From an uncultured Rhodospirillales bacterium (GTDB lineage Bacteria; Pseudomonadota; Alphaproteobacteria; Acetobacterales; Acetobacteraceae): 64,000 nt of DNA. The stretch covers positions 16,275 to 80,274 of the forward strand of contig CAIYMY010000029.1 of the NCBI GenBank assembly GCA_903927465.1, given 5' to 3'. Positions 26,453-35,894 of this stretch are shown piece after piece. A model generated the notes under the pieces. It was not told the DNA's origin, ran no database searches, and saw only the letters and a list, made by a program, of their open reading frames with translations. The position numbers and the translations under genes were made by a program. Every line of letters starts with the position of its first letter. The stretch's first letter is position 1.

Positions 26453-28483
26453 CTAGGTCACTGCCACCATTCGGGTAGATTTGCGCCAGTTCCACAGAAT
26501 GACTGGCAGCGCCAAGGTAGCGCCCGCCAAGGTCATCTGGATATTGGGCGAAATCATCAGCAGTGCAGACACAACAAGCAACGCCTTGGCGCCAAGGCCC
26601 ATATGGGTGAAGGCATAGCCGGTGGTACCAATCCCCAACAGCAGAACACCAAGCGCACAGGTGCCGGTGGTGATGAAGAAATCGGCCCAGGTGAAACCAT
26701 CCACCATAATCAGCATGGCCGGAGAATAGGCGAAAACAAAAGGCACTGTCGCCTTCGCTAGGCCAAGACGGAAGGCTGTATTGCCGGTCTTGAAAGGATC
26801 AGCGCCCGCAATGCCGGCGGCGGCATAGGCCGCGATACAAACTGGCGGCGTGAGATCCGCCAGCACACCGTAATAGAGAATGAACAAATGTGCAGCCAGC
26901 GGCGGAACACCAAGCTGAATCACCGCCGGCGCGGCAATGGCGGCCAGCACGATATAAAGCGCGGTTGTCGGAATACCCGTTCCCATCGCGATGCAAACCA
27001 GCGCCACGAAAAGCAGCGTCAGAAATAGCGTCAGGGATTTCATATCCACCACGCTCTCTGGCAGAATGTATAGAATCGGCGACAGCCAGGCGGCCAATGA
27101 TGCTGCGGCTTGCGTGACCATGAAGCTTACGCGAAAGCCGGCACCAGTCAGCGTGATCACGCCCACCACAACACCAACCGCGGCGGCAGCGGCGCCAACC
27201 GCAATCGCATAACGCGCGCCGATATCGAATGAATCCCACAAATCGCGCGGCGTCAGCCGATGGCGTGGGTTGAGAAAGCCAACGACGATGCAGGCCGTAA
27301 TACCGTAGAACGCTGCGAGATATGGCGTATTGCCCTGAATGATGGCCCAAAGCAGCAGCACCAGCGGAATCATGGTGGGCCAGCCTTCGCGGAGCGTCTT
27401 GCCGAAGCGTGGAATTTCTTCGGGCGGCAACCCCTTCAGGCCGAATTTCTTGGCCTCAAAATGCACCTGAACAAAGACACCCCAGAAATGCATGAAGGCC
27501 GGCACGGCAGCAGCGATCAGCAGCGTTGTCAGCGGGATATTCAAGAATTCAATCATCACAAAGGCCGCGGCCCCCATGATGGGCGGCGTGATCTGCCCGC
27601 CAGCACTGGCAGCGGCTTCCACCGCAGCGGCGAATTGCGGGCGATAGCCAACGCGTTTCATCGCGGGAATGGTCAGCGTGCCGACCGTGACAGTATTGGC
27701 AATGGCCGAACCGCTGATCATGCCAAATAGCGCAGACCCGAAAACCGAAACCTTGGCAGGCCCGCCCGCGAAACGCCCCGCGGCGATGGAGGCCATGTCA
27801 ATGAAAAACTGCCCGAGCCCCATGCGGGTGGCGAGTACGCCAAACAGCACGAAGTGAAAGACGTAAGTCGCAACAACCATCACTGGAATGCCAAATATGC
27901 CTTCCTGCGTCAGGTAGATATGGCTGATGAAGCCAGCCCAATCGGCACCAGGATGCGCCAGCACGCCCGAAAGGTGATTGCCCCAAAGCCCATAGGCGAC
28001 ACAGATCAGAACAATAATCGGTAAGGCCCAACCCATGCTGCGCCGCGCCGTTTCCAGCGTCAGCACCAGCATCAGCGTGCCCATGATCACATCATTGGTA
28101 TTCGGGCTGCCGATACGGAAAGTCAGATCATCAAAAACCAGCGGCAGATAAAGACAGGCCGCAACCATCACGGCGGCGAGTATCCAATCATACCAGGGCA
28201 CGCCGCCAAAGGCTGGCCCTGGTATGCTTGGACCAGCAGGAAACATCAGAAAAATCAGCCCGAGCACAGCGGAAAGATGGATTGCCTTGTGCCAATGCTC
28301 GGTCAGGATACCGAAGCCAGCCGTGTAATAATGAAAAACGGAAAGCGCCACGAGCAGCGCCGGCACCAGCCAGGCCGCAAAGCCCGACAGCGTGCGAAAG
28401 CGCATTTCCGCATCATAGGTACGTTCAAGCTCCGCCGCGCGGGCCAGATCAACCTGGCGGGCGGCTTCGGTCTTTTCGGTCAC
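26453..28483 (-). CDS. TRAP transporter fused 4TM/12TM permease (TAXI type)
   Basis: Highly hydrophobic 676 aa; GGPAKVSV.GS..FG.ISGS, ASAGGQITPPIMGAAAF, GIPTT and DLTPPVC motifs. Confidence 0.92.
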   Translation of the reverse strand: MTEKTEAARQVDLARAAELERTYDAEMRFRTLSGFAAWLVPALLVALSVFHYYTAGFGILTEHWHKAIHLSAVLGLIFLMFPAGPSIPGPAFGGVPWYDWILAAVMVAACLYLPLVFDDLTFRIGSPNTNDVIMGTLMLVLTLETARRSMGWALPIIVLICVAYGLWGNHLSGVLAHPGADWAGFISHIYLTQEGIFGIPVMVVATYVFHFVLFGVLATRMGLGQFFIDMASIAAGRFAGGPAKVSVFGSALFGMISGSAIANTVTVGTLTIPAMKRVGYRPQFAAAVEAAASAGGQITPPIMGAAAFVMIEFLNIPLTTLLIAAAVPAFMHFWGVFVQVHFEAKKFGLKGLPPEEIPRFGKTLREGWPTMIPLVLLLWAIIQGNTPYLAAFYGITACIVVGFLNPRHRLTPRDLWDSFDIGARYAIAVGAAAAAVGVVVGVITLTGAGFRVSFMVTQAAASLAAWLSPILYILPESVVDMKSLTLFLTLLFVALVCIAMGTGIPTTALYIVLAAIAAPAVIQLGVPPLAAHLFILYYGVLADLTPPVCIAAYAAAGIAGADPFKTGNTAFRLGLAKATVPFVFAYSPAMLIMVDGFTWADFFITTGTCALGVLLLGIGTTGYAFTHMGLGAKALLVVSALLMISPNIQMTLAGATLALPVILWNWRKSTRMVAVT

Positions 28484-28493
28484 TGGATAGGGC

Positions 28494-29507
28494 TCAGCGA
28501 ATCAGGCCGGCTTCGCGATAAAAGCGCTCGGCCCCAGGATGAAAGGGCACCACGCCGCGTCCACTAATCGCCTCTCGCAGCACAATTTCCTTACCCTTGG
28601 CATGGCCGCGATCCATCAGCCCACGGCTGACATCGGACCAAAGCGATTTGGTGATGGCATAAATAAGCTGTTCAGGCACGCTATCGCGCACCAGCCATAG
28701 CGCGCCGACCGTGAGTGTGGGTGTGTCGCCTTCCAGCCCTTCATAGGCACTCGCTGGGATAACGCCAAAGCTATAGAAAGGTGCGCGTTCGATCACGCGT
28801 TGGCCTTGCTCACGCGGGATAGGCAGCATGCGGCAGCCGGTGCGGCTACAGAATTCAGTGATGGAGGAAGCCGGGTAGCCGGTGACCGTCAGCGCCGCAT
28901 CCATATTGCGGTCCTGCATGCGTTCCACGCCTTGCTGTTGGCTTAGATATTCTGCGGTATATTCACGGCCCGCACGCAACCCATGCGCTTCCAGAATCAA
29001 TTCCGAACCGATGCGCGCGCCGGAAGCCTGCAAGCCGATGGCAATGCGCTTGCCGCGCAAATCCTCAAAACTGCGGATATTGCTATCCTTGCGCACAGTG
29101 GCGTGGATGTGTTCCGGGAAAAGATGCGCCATAAAGCGCACACGATCCGTCTTGGCGCGGCCTTCAAACAGCCCCGTGCCGGTAAAGCCCCAATGCGAAA
29201 TATCGGATTGCACAAAGCCGCTTTCCGCATTGCCCGATTGGATCAGATTGATGTTTTGCAGACTGCCCTGGGTTGCCTGAGCCACCGCGACCAGCCCTGA
29301 CACGCCGGCCGTGCCACCACCTTCGCCACATGGCGCGCCAGGGGGGCAGGAAATCGCATTCGCCAGCACACCACCCACCGGATAATAGGTGCCGCCGGCG
29401 CTACCCGTACCGATGCGGAAGAATTGCGGCGCCTGGGCCTGTGCAAAGCCAGGCAAGGCCAGGCCAAAAACAGCCGCGGCGGCAAGAAGATGTTTGCGTT
29501 TCAGCAT
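28494..29507 (-). CDS. TAXI-family TRAP substrate-binding protein
   Basis: Signal peptide; IGTGSAGGTYYPVG, ATQGS.QNI and PFHPGAERFYREAG motifs. Confidence 0.92.
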   Translation of the reverse strand: MLKRKHLLAAAAVFGLALPGFAQAQAPQFFRIGTGSAGGTYYPVGGVLANAISCPPGAPCGEGGGTAGVSGLVAVAQATQGSLQNINLIQSGNAESGFVQSDISHWGFTGTGLFEGRAKTDRVRFMAHLFPEHIHATVRKDSNIRSFEDLRGKRIAIGLQASGARIGSELILEAHGLRAGREYTAEYLSQQQGVERMQDRNMDAALTVTGYPASSITEFCSRTGCRMLPIPREQGQRVIERAPFYSFGVIPASAYEGLEGDTPTLTVGALWLVRDSVPEQLIYAITKSLWSDVSRGLMDRGHAKGKEIVLREAISGRGVVPFHPGAERFYREAGLIR

Positions 29508-29579
29508 GGAAGCCTCCCGTTGCGTATCAAAACCTTGGGGATGCTAGGCGCGTCAGCAGCGTGCGTAAACCAACCGCGA

Positions 29580-30803
29580 TCAGGCCAGCGCTACCCCACG
29601 CCGCCAGCGTTGCAGCAGAAACAGGATCAGCGCGAATTGTAGCAGGTTGAAGCCAATGCCGGCCCACCAGGCAGCGGCGTAGAAGCCGAGCCAGTCATAG
29701 ATATAGCCCGCAAGCCAGGCGCCTGCCGCCATGCCTGATAGGCTCAGGAACAACAGTGTCGGCACGCGCCAATGCGCCTCAGACGCCGGGAATAGCGCGC
29801 GGAGCGTCAGCACATAAGCGGGAATGATGCCGCTAAAGCCAAGCCCGTAAGCGGCGGCTACGAAGAACAACCCAGCCTCATTTTGTGTTGCCAGAAAGCC
29901 GAGCATTCCCAGGATTTGCGCGAGCGATCCAAAGACAATCGCCCATAACCCGCCGATCTTATCCGATAGCCACCCCCAGAATTGCCGCGCCATGAAGGCG
30001 GCAAAGGTCAGCACCGAAAGCATGAGCGCACCGCGCGACGCGGTAATGCCAAGATCACCACAAAACGCGACAAGATGCGACGCCGGCATGGCCATCGGGA
30101 TGCAGCACAAAAAGGAACAGAGCGCGAGCAGGAAGAAGGCCAGATTGCCATTCATGCCAAGCACGCGGGCACCTGCCTGCATTTTCTCGGCGAAATTGCC
30201 GGTGGTGGGTTGCGCCGGTGGCGGGCGCAGCACCATCGCGGCCAGCGGCACCGCAATGGCCGCCACCAAAATCCCATAGCCGAACATGGTGCGTTGCCAG
30301 CCATAAATGGCGATGGCGCGTTCAAATATCGGCGGCCACAAAAACCCCGCGACATATTGTCCGGAAGCAACCAGCGCGAGTGCTGTGCCTCGGCGCCTAT
30401 CGAACCAAAGCGAAACATAAGCGAGCATCGGCGGGAACAACGCGCCATTGCCAAACAGGCCAACGCCAATCCCAAGCCCCACCAGCAGCGACCAGCTTTC
30501 CCCGAAGGACGCCAGCATCAACCCAAGCGCCACGGAGACGCCGCCAATCATCGCGACAAGCCTTTGGCCAAAGCGCGCCACCATCACGCCGCAGACCATG
30601 CCGCCAATGGCGGTCCCGAAATAGGCAAGTGAATTGGCGAGCGATGGCAGGGACCGGCCGGAACCAAAATCCTCGGCGATTTGCACCAGGCCAACGACCA
30701 CGGTGATGGGGCCGCCGGCAGCGAGCGAGAGCATGGTCACCGCTGTCATGGCGACAATCCAGGAATAGCGCGTCTCAATACTGCCTTGATGCGTTTCGGA
30801 CAC
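29580..30803 (-). CDS. MFS transporter
   Basis: About 12 TM segments; WFDRRRGTA and GWLSDKIG motifs; GTG 30803 with GGGGA RBS. Confidence 0.88.
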   Translation of the reverse strand: MSETHQGSIETRYSWIVAMTAVTMLSLAAGGPITVVVGLVQIAEDFGSGRSLPSLANSLAYFGTAIGGMVCGVMVARFGQRLVAMIGGVSVALGLMLASFGESWSLLVGLGIGVGLFGNGALFPPMLAYVSLWFDRRRGTALALVASGQYVAGFLWPPIFERAIAIYGWQRTMFGYGILVAAIAVPLAAMVLRPPPAQPTTGNFAEKMQAGARVLGMNGNLAFFLLALCSFLCCIPMAMPASHLVAFCGDLGITASRGALMLSVLTFAAFMARQFWGWLSDKIGGLWAIVFGSLAQILGMLGFLATQNEAGLFFVAAAYGLGFSGIIPAYVLTLRALFPASEAHWRVPTLLFLSLSGMAAGAWLAGYIYDWLGFYAAAWWAGIGFNLLQFALILFLLQRWRRGVALA

Positions 30804-30914
30804 GCGCTGTTTCCCCGCTATTATGGGAATACACTCCCTGAGGCAGCGCCGCACCGCAAGCCCCGCATTGCGGTAGCCCCCTTGTTTATGCTGATCTTGT
30901 TGCAGGAGGCCGCC

Positions 30915-31073
30915 ATGCTGATGATGCTTGCCCTGCTCGCCCTTGGACCCTGCCTTGATGCGCCTGCCATTCCGGCACCGCAGCAAAGCGAAAACCCAGC
31001 GCCGCCGCGACCGGACCAACCCTTTCCGCGCCCGCCGCGTAGCTGCACCCCGCCGGCGCCGCCCACAAGCTGA
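30915..31073 (+). CDS. Small Pro-rich protein (52 aa) with hydrophobic N-terminus
   Basis: AGGAGG at 30904-30909 before ATG 30915; stop TGA overlaps the sirtuin ATG (TGATG). Confidence 0.65.
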   Translation: MLMMLALLALGPCLDAPAIPAPQQSENPAPPRPDQPFPRPPRSCTPPAPPTS

Positions 31074-31780
31074 TGGCGCGACCCATTGTGATCCTGACCG
31101 GCGCGGGAATTTCCCGCGAATCCGGCCTCGCTACCTTTCGCGACGCCGATGGCATTTGGGCGCGCCACAGGATTGAGGATGTGGCAACGCCGCAAGCCTT
31201 CGCGCGCAATCCGGATTTGGTACAGGGCTTCTACAATGCGCGCCGCGCGCAGTTGCGCGATCCCACCATTCTGCCAAACGCAGCACATCTTGCCTTGGCG
31301 CGGCTGGAAGCCGCCTGGCCCGCGCCAGTCACGCTGGTGACGCAGAACATAGATGGCCTGCATCGGCGCGCGGGATCGCGCAATGTGATTGCCATGCATG
31401 GCGAATTGCTGAAGGCGCGCTGCCTTGCTTGTGGCAACGTCAGCGAATGGGCGCAGGATATCACGTCGCACTCCACCTGCCCGGCTTGTGATGCAACGGG
31501 GCGGCTCCGCCCACATGTTGTCTGGTTTGGCGAGATTCCGCTGGAGATGGACCGCATCGAAGCCGCTTTGGATGAATGCGGCATGTTTGTTTCCATCGGC
31601 ACCTCCGGCCAGGTCTATCCCGCTGCCGGCTTTGTGCGGGCGGTGCGCGCGCGGGCGCGCTGCGTTGAATTGAACCTGGAAGAAACCGAAGGCACGGCGT
31701 TGTTCCATGAGGCGTATCACGGCCCGGCAACTGATATTGTGCCGGCATTCGTGGAACGCATGCTCGCTTCATGCGACTGA
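31073..31780 (+). CDS. cobB: NAD-dependent protein deacylase (class III sirtuin)
   Basis: GAGISRESG, FYNARR, TQNIDGLH, HG catalytic His, CxxC...CxxC, RPHVVWFGE and GTSG.VYPA motifs. Confidence 0.93.
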   Translation: MARPIVILTGAGISRESGLATFRDADGIWARHRIEDVATPQAFARNPDLVQGFYNARRAQLRDPTILPNAAHLALARLEAAWPAPVTLVTQNIDGLHRRAGSRNVIAMHGELLKARCLACGNVSEWAQDITSHSTCPACDATGRLRPHVVWFGEIPLEMDRIEAALDECGMFVSIGTSGQVYPAAGFVRAVRARARCVELNLEETEGTALFHEAYHGPATDIVPAFVERMLASCD

Positions 31781-32460
31781 TCCTGGCGGTCTTGCTGTGT
31801 TTGGCCTCGCCAGCTTTGGCGCAGGTGGCGGGGCTGAACCCTGGGCCTGATCCGCGCCTGCCAGTGCCGGCGGCGCATCCGCCCTGGAATGCAGTGGCCT
31901 CGATTGAAGCAGGGGGCGCTGGGCTTTGCACGGGTGCCATGGTGGCGCCCGCCTTGCTGCTGACCGCGGCGCATTGCCTGAAGGATGAAGCGGGTACGGC
32001 GCTGCTGCCGCCCGCGCGGCTTCGCGTTTCAGTCGGTGGCGCAGAGGCGCGCGGCGTGGCGCTGCGCGTGGGCGCGGGCTTTGACCCGGCGCGGGAAGCG
32101 CCCTGGGCTTCGGATTGGGCGTTGGTTTCGCTGAATGCGCCGATTGGCGCTGGCCGTGTGCTGCCTCTGCTACGCGAAACGCCGCCCGCGGGCAGTATCC
32201 TGGCCCTGCCCGGCTTTCAGCGTGATGCGCCCGGCGCGCTGCTGGTGGACCCAGCCTGTCGCTATTTGGGCCTGCGGCGCATTGAAGGGGAAGGCGTGAT
32301 GCTGGCCCATGATTGCGCTGGCACCACGGGGTCTTCCGGCGGGCCATTATTACTGCGCGGCGCCGATGGCAACTTCGCGATCATTGGCTTGCAGAGCAAG
32401 GGTATTTTGGGCCGCGCTGGTGGGTTTGCGGTGCCGGCCTTGGTGGTTCCTACGCCTTAA
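31771..32460 (+). CDS. Secreted trypsin-like (V8-type) serine protease
   Basis: Signal peptide; LTAAHC, DWAL and GSSGGP catalytic triad. Confidence 0.9.
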   Translation: MRLILAVLLCLASPALAQVAGLNPGPDPRLPVPAAHPPWNAVASIEAGGAGLCTGAMVAPALLLTAAHCLKDEAGTALLPPARLRVSVGGAEARGVALRVGAGFDPAREAPWASDWALVSLNAPIGAGRVLPLLRETPPAGSILALPGFQRDAPGALLVDPACRYLGLRRIEGEGVMLAHDCAGTTGSSGGPLLLRGADGNFAIIGLQSKGILGRAGGFAVPALVVPTP

Positions 32461-32633
32461 CGCAAAGCCCCCGCGGGCTTGGGCGATGCGCCAGCGGCAT
32501 TGCTGGCCAGGCCGGTGATGCAAACATCATGCACCGGGATATCCACTTGCCACCAAAGCCTGACTGCTTCCGCCATGGCCGCCGCGCGATCATCGGCTTT
32601 TGAGGCATCCGCCTTAGCCAAGGCGCAAACCAT
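32457..32633 (-). CDS. Putative 58-aa small protein
   Basis: ATG 32633 preceded by AGGA and an in-frame stop; its TAA shares the TTAA at 32457-32460 with the convergent protease stop. Confidence 0.35.
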   Translation of the reverse strand: MVCALAKADASKADDRAAAMAEAVRLWWQVDIPVHDVCITGLASNAAGASPKPAGALR

Positions 32634-32726
32634 GCCTTATCCTATCCGGATACGGTAACTATCTGACAGAGGCAGATCGAGCGATTTGCAGGGTTCGCAA
32701 ATAATGTGGGCTAGTGGGCCGATTCA

Positions 32727-32753
32727 CGCTGCTGCCACGCAATGGCAGCAGCG
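32727..32753. terminator. Perfect 11-bp stem hairpin just downstream of the dihydropyrimidinase
   Basis: CGCTGCTGCCA-cgcaa-TGGCAGCAGCG, 9 nt past the stop; no U-tract, so terminator function is uncertain. Confidence 0.4.
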
Positions 32754-32762
32754 CTCGAACCA

Positions 32763-34250
32763 CTAGAATGCCGGCGGCGGCGCGGGATCGAACCCATCAG
32801 GCGTCACGCCTCGCGGCCTGATCATGGCGTAGGGCCCGCGCGGCAGGAAGCGCCCGGTGCCAGGTTCCGCCTGCACCTTGCCATCACGCATCACCACTTC
32901 GCCGCGACGGATGGTCATGACTGGCCATCCCGTGACCTCCATCCCCTCATAAGGGGTGTAATCAATCGCGTGCTGCATCAGCGCATTGGTGATGGTGACT
33001 TTCTTCTTCGGATCCCAAAGCGCCAAATCCGCATCCGCGCCCACGGCAATGCTGCCCTTGCGCGGCGCCAACCCCATCAACCGCGCAGGGTTGGTGCTGG
33101 TCAGGCGCACGAATTCATCCAGGCTGATGCGCCCCTTGGAAACACCCTCGCTGAAAATGATCGGCAGACGTGCGGTGAAGCCTGGAATGCCGTTCGGGAT
33201 ATCGCGGAACACCGCGTCCGTCCCATTCTGGCGCTTGCCGTGATCACCTTCATAGGAAAAGGCGCAGTGATCAGATGAAATCACATCCAAGGTGCCGCGC
33301 CGGATCATCTCCCACACGCGTTCATGTTCTTCGCGGCTGCGCGGCGCCGGGCTGCACATGAATTTCGCACCCTCAAAACCAGGGCGATCCATATCGGCGG
33401 CGGTCAGGCTGACATATTGCGGGCAGGTTTCGCCCCATACCTTCACACCACGCGCCTGGGCGCGGGCAATTTCTTCCGCCGCTTCTGCGCAAGAAACGTG
33501 GAAGATCTGGATTGGCTGATCCACCAATTCGGCAAGTGCGATGGCGCGGTGCGTCGCTTCGCGCTCCACCACCGGCGGGCGCGCCCAGGCGTGGTATTTC
33601 GGCGCGGTCATGCCGTGCTTCAGCAATTCATGGGTGCGCCAATTGATCGCCTCATAATTTTCGCAATGCACCGTCACCAGGCACCCAAGCGTGCGCGCCT
33701 TGGTCAATACACGCAGATACTGCGCATCATTCAAATGCAAGGGTTCGTAGGTCAGAAACACCTTCAGGCTGCGCACACCTTCCGCGACCAGGCGCGGCAC
33801 TTCCTCATCCATCACCGCATCGGTCGGGTCGCTGATGATCTGGTGGAAGGAATGATCAATCATGCCGCGGGCGGCGCGGGCGCGGTAATCCGTATAACGA
33901 TCCCAAACGCCATAGCCCTTCCATTGCGGAATGAAGCACACGACAGAGGTTGTGCCGCCCGCGAAAGCCGCGGTGGAGGCGGTGGCGAAGCTTTCCTCAT
34001 TCACCGTAATGGGCGGTTCCGTGAGGCCCGTGCTGGCATAGCCACCGCGAGAGGGTTCTTCGATATGGCAATGGCTATCCACGCCACCAGGCAGCACCAG
34101 CGTACCGGCGGCATCCACGACGCGCGCACCATCGGAAAGTTTTTCGCCGAGGGCGACAATGCGCCCATCCTTCACGCCAATATCGCACCGCGTTGTGCCG
34201 AAGCCGGTCGCAACCTCTCCGCCACGCACCACAAGGTCAAATTCCGCCAT
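32763..34250 (-). CDS. hydA: Dihydropyrimidinase / D-hydantoinase
   Basis: PGGVDSHCH, K in SLKVF, VHCEN, IFHVS, SDHC and GIPG amidohydrolase motifs; alternative start 34256. Confidence 0.9.
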   Translation of the reverse strand: MAEFDLVVRGGEVATGFGTTRCDIGVKDGRIVALGEKLSDGARVVDAAGTLVLPGGVDSHCHIEEPSRGGYASTGLTEPPITVNEESFATASTAAFAGGTTSVVCFIPQWKGYGVWDRYTDYRARAARGMIDHSFHQIISDPTDAVMDEEVPRLVAEGVRSLKVFLTYEPLHLNDAQYLRVLTKARTLGCLVTVHCENYEAINWRTHELLKHGMTAPKYHAWARPPVVEREATHRAIALAELVDQPIQIFHVSCAEAAEEIARAQARGVKVWGETCPQYVSLTAADMDRPGFEGAKFMCSPAPRSREEHERVWEMIRRGTLDVISSDHCAFSYEGDHGKRQNGTDAVFRDIPNGIPGFTARLPIIFSEGVSKGRISLDEFVRLTSTNPARLMGLAPRKGSIAVGADADLALWDPKKKVTITNALMQHAIDYTPYEGMEVTGWPVMTIRRGEVVMRDGKVQAEPGTGRFLPRGPYAMIRPRGVTPDGFDPAPPPAF

Positions 34251-34305
34251 GGTCATCCCCTGTTGTTGAAACGCATCCAACAAAAAGCAAGTTCTAGTCT
34301 GCCGT

Positions 34306-35499
34306 TTACATCAATCCTTTGCGCCGCACCGCCGCCAAGCCCGCCGCGCGACCCGTACTGAAACAGGCTTGCAGCAAGTAGCCACCCGTCGGTGCTTCCC
34401 AATCCAGCATTTCGCCACAGGCGAAAACGCCAGGCAAGCGGCGGAGCATCAGGTTCTCATCTACCTCAGACCAGGAAAGCCCGCCGGCCGAGGAAATGGC
34501 GCGCGCAATCGGGAAACAACCAGTCAACTGCAGCGGTAAAGCCTTGATCAAGCCGGCAAGGTCGCTTTGTTGCGCCCCGGCCTTCAGCGCTTCCTGCACC
34601 AGGGCAATCCCAACCGGCGCAAGCCCTGCATTGCGCCGCAAATGATTGGCGAGCGAAAGGCTGCCCTGCCGGCCCGAAAGCCGCGCGGCTAGATCGGTCA
34701 GGCTGAGATCGGGCCTGAGATCAAGATGCAACGTGACGCCATTTTGCTGCGCGAGTGCATCGCGCAGAGTGGCACTCAGTGCATAAACCGCACCGCCTTC
34801 AATGCCTACCTCGGTGATCATCGCCTCACCTCGCTGCGTGACGCCCCCAAAAGATAGCGCAATGCGCTTCAACGGCATGCCGGCGAAACGCTGCCGCAGA
34901 TATTCCGACCAGGGAATGGCAAAGCCCATATTGGATGGCGCAAAAGGGCGCGTTTCGATGCCCGGCAAAAGCGCAGGCCAGGTACCATCCGACCCAAGCC
35001 GCGGCCAGGAAGCGCCACCGAGTGCCAGAATGGTGGCCGACGTTTTGATCTGCTGCTCCCCATCCGGTGTCGCAAAACGCGCCGCGCCATCTGGCGTAAA
35101 GCCAAGCCAGCGATGCCGCGCCAGCAGGCGCACGCCAAGCGCGCCAAGCCGCGCCAGCCAAGCGCGCAGCAGCGGCGATGCCTTCATGGCGCGCGGAAAA
35201 ACCCGGCCGGAGGAGCCGATGAAGCAGGGCTGGCCCAACCCCTCAGCCCAGGCAATCAACGCTTCGGGCGGGAAGTCGCCGATATGCGGCGCGAGATGTG
35301 GTTCAGCCGAACCATAACGCGTCAGGAATGTCGGCAGCGCTTCGGAATGCGTCAGATTCAGCCCACCGCGCCCGGCGATCAGCAGCTTGCGCGCGGGTGA
35401 TGGCATGTGGTCGGCCAGCAACACCGCGGCACCGGACTGCGCCGCGGCTTCCGCCGCCATCAAGCCGGCGGGGCCGGCGCCAATGATAAGAATACTCAG
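34306..35499 (-). CDS. BaiN/HI0933-family FAD-dependent oxidoreductase, apparent CTG start
   Basis: GAGPAGLMAAE, RKLLIAGRGGLNLT, GSSGRVFP, ALGGASWPRLGSDG and DWEAPTGGYLLQ motifs. The only plausible start upstream of the GxGxxG motif is CTG 35499. Confidence 0.88.
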   Translation of the reverse strand: MSILIIGAGPAGLMAAEAAAQSGAAVLLADHMPSPARKLLIAGRGGLNLTHSEALPTFLTRYGSAEPHLAPHIGDFPPEALIAWAEGLGQPCFIGSSGRVFPRAMKASPLLRAWLARLGALGVRLLARHRWLGFTPDGAARFATPDGEQQIKTSATILALGGASWPRLGSDGTWPALLPGIETRPFAPSNMGFAIPWSEYLRQRFAGMPLKRIALSFGGVTQRGEAMITEVGIEGGAVYALSATLRDALAQQNGVTLHLDLRPDLSLTDLAARLSGRQGSLSLANHLRRNAGLAPVGIALVQEALKAGAQQSDLAGLIKALPLQLTGCFPIARAISSAGGLSWSEVDENLMLRRLPGVFACGEMLDWEAPTGGYLLQACFSTGRAAGLAAVRRKGLM

Positions 35500-35879
35500 G
35501 CGCTGCGTTCCAGCAATTCAATCGCCACATTCTCCGGCCCGCGCACGAAGCAGATGCGAATGCCGGGGCGGATCGCAGTGGGCTCCATGGTGAATTCAGC
35601 GCCCTTGGCCTTCAATTCGGCCACCACCTGGTCAATCCCGGTGACCGCAAGGCCAATATGTTCAAGGCCGCGATAGGGCATGCTGGGGGGCGGCGCCGTG
35701 TTATCGCCCTTGATCGGCGCGATGAAGATAATCTGCCCGCCAAGCTTGATATCCACGCGCGGTTCACCCTGCTGCGTGGAACGCAGAACCTCGGCCCCTA
35801 ACATACGTTCGTAGAAAACAGCGGTCGCTTCCGGATCAGGGCTGCGCAGATGAATATGGTCGAAGGTGAATTGGGTCAT
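35496..35879 (-). CDS. VOC/glyoxalase-family protein
   Basis: Metal ligands in DHIHL, EHIGL and IELLE; 127 aa. Confidence 0.88.
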   Translation of the reverse strand: MTQFTFDHIHLRSPDPEATAVFYERMLGAEVLRSTQQGEPRVDIKLGGQIIFIAPIKGDNTAPPPSMPYRGLEHIGLAVTGIDQVVAELKAKGAEFTMEPTAIRPGIRICFVRGPENVAIELLERSA

Positions 35880-35894
35880 GGTTTGTTCCTTTTT

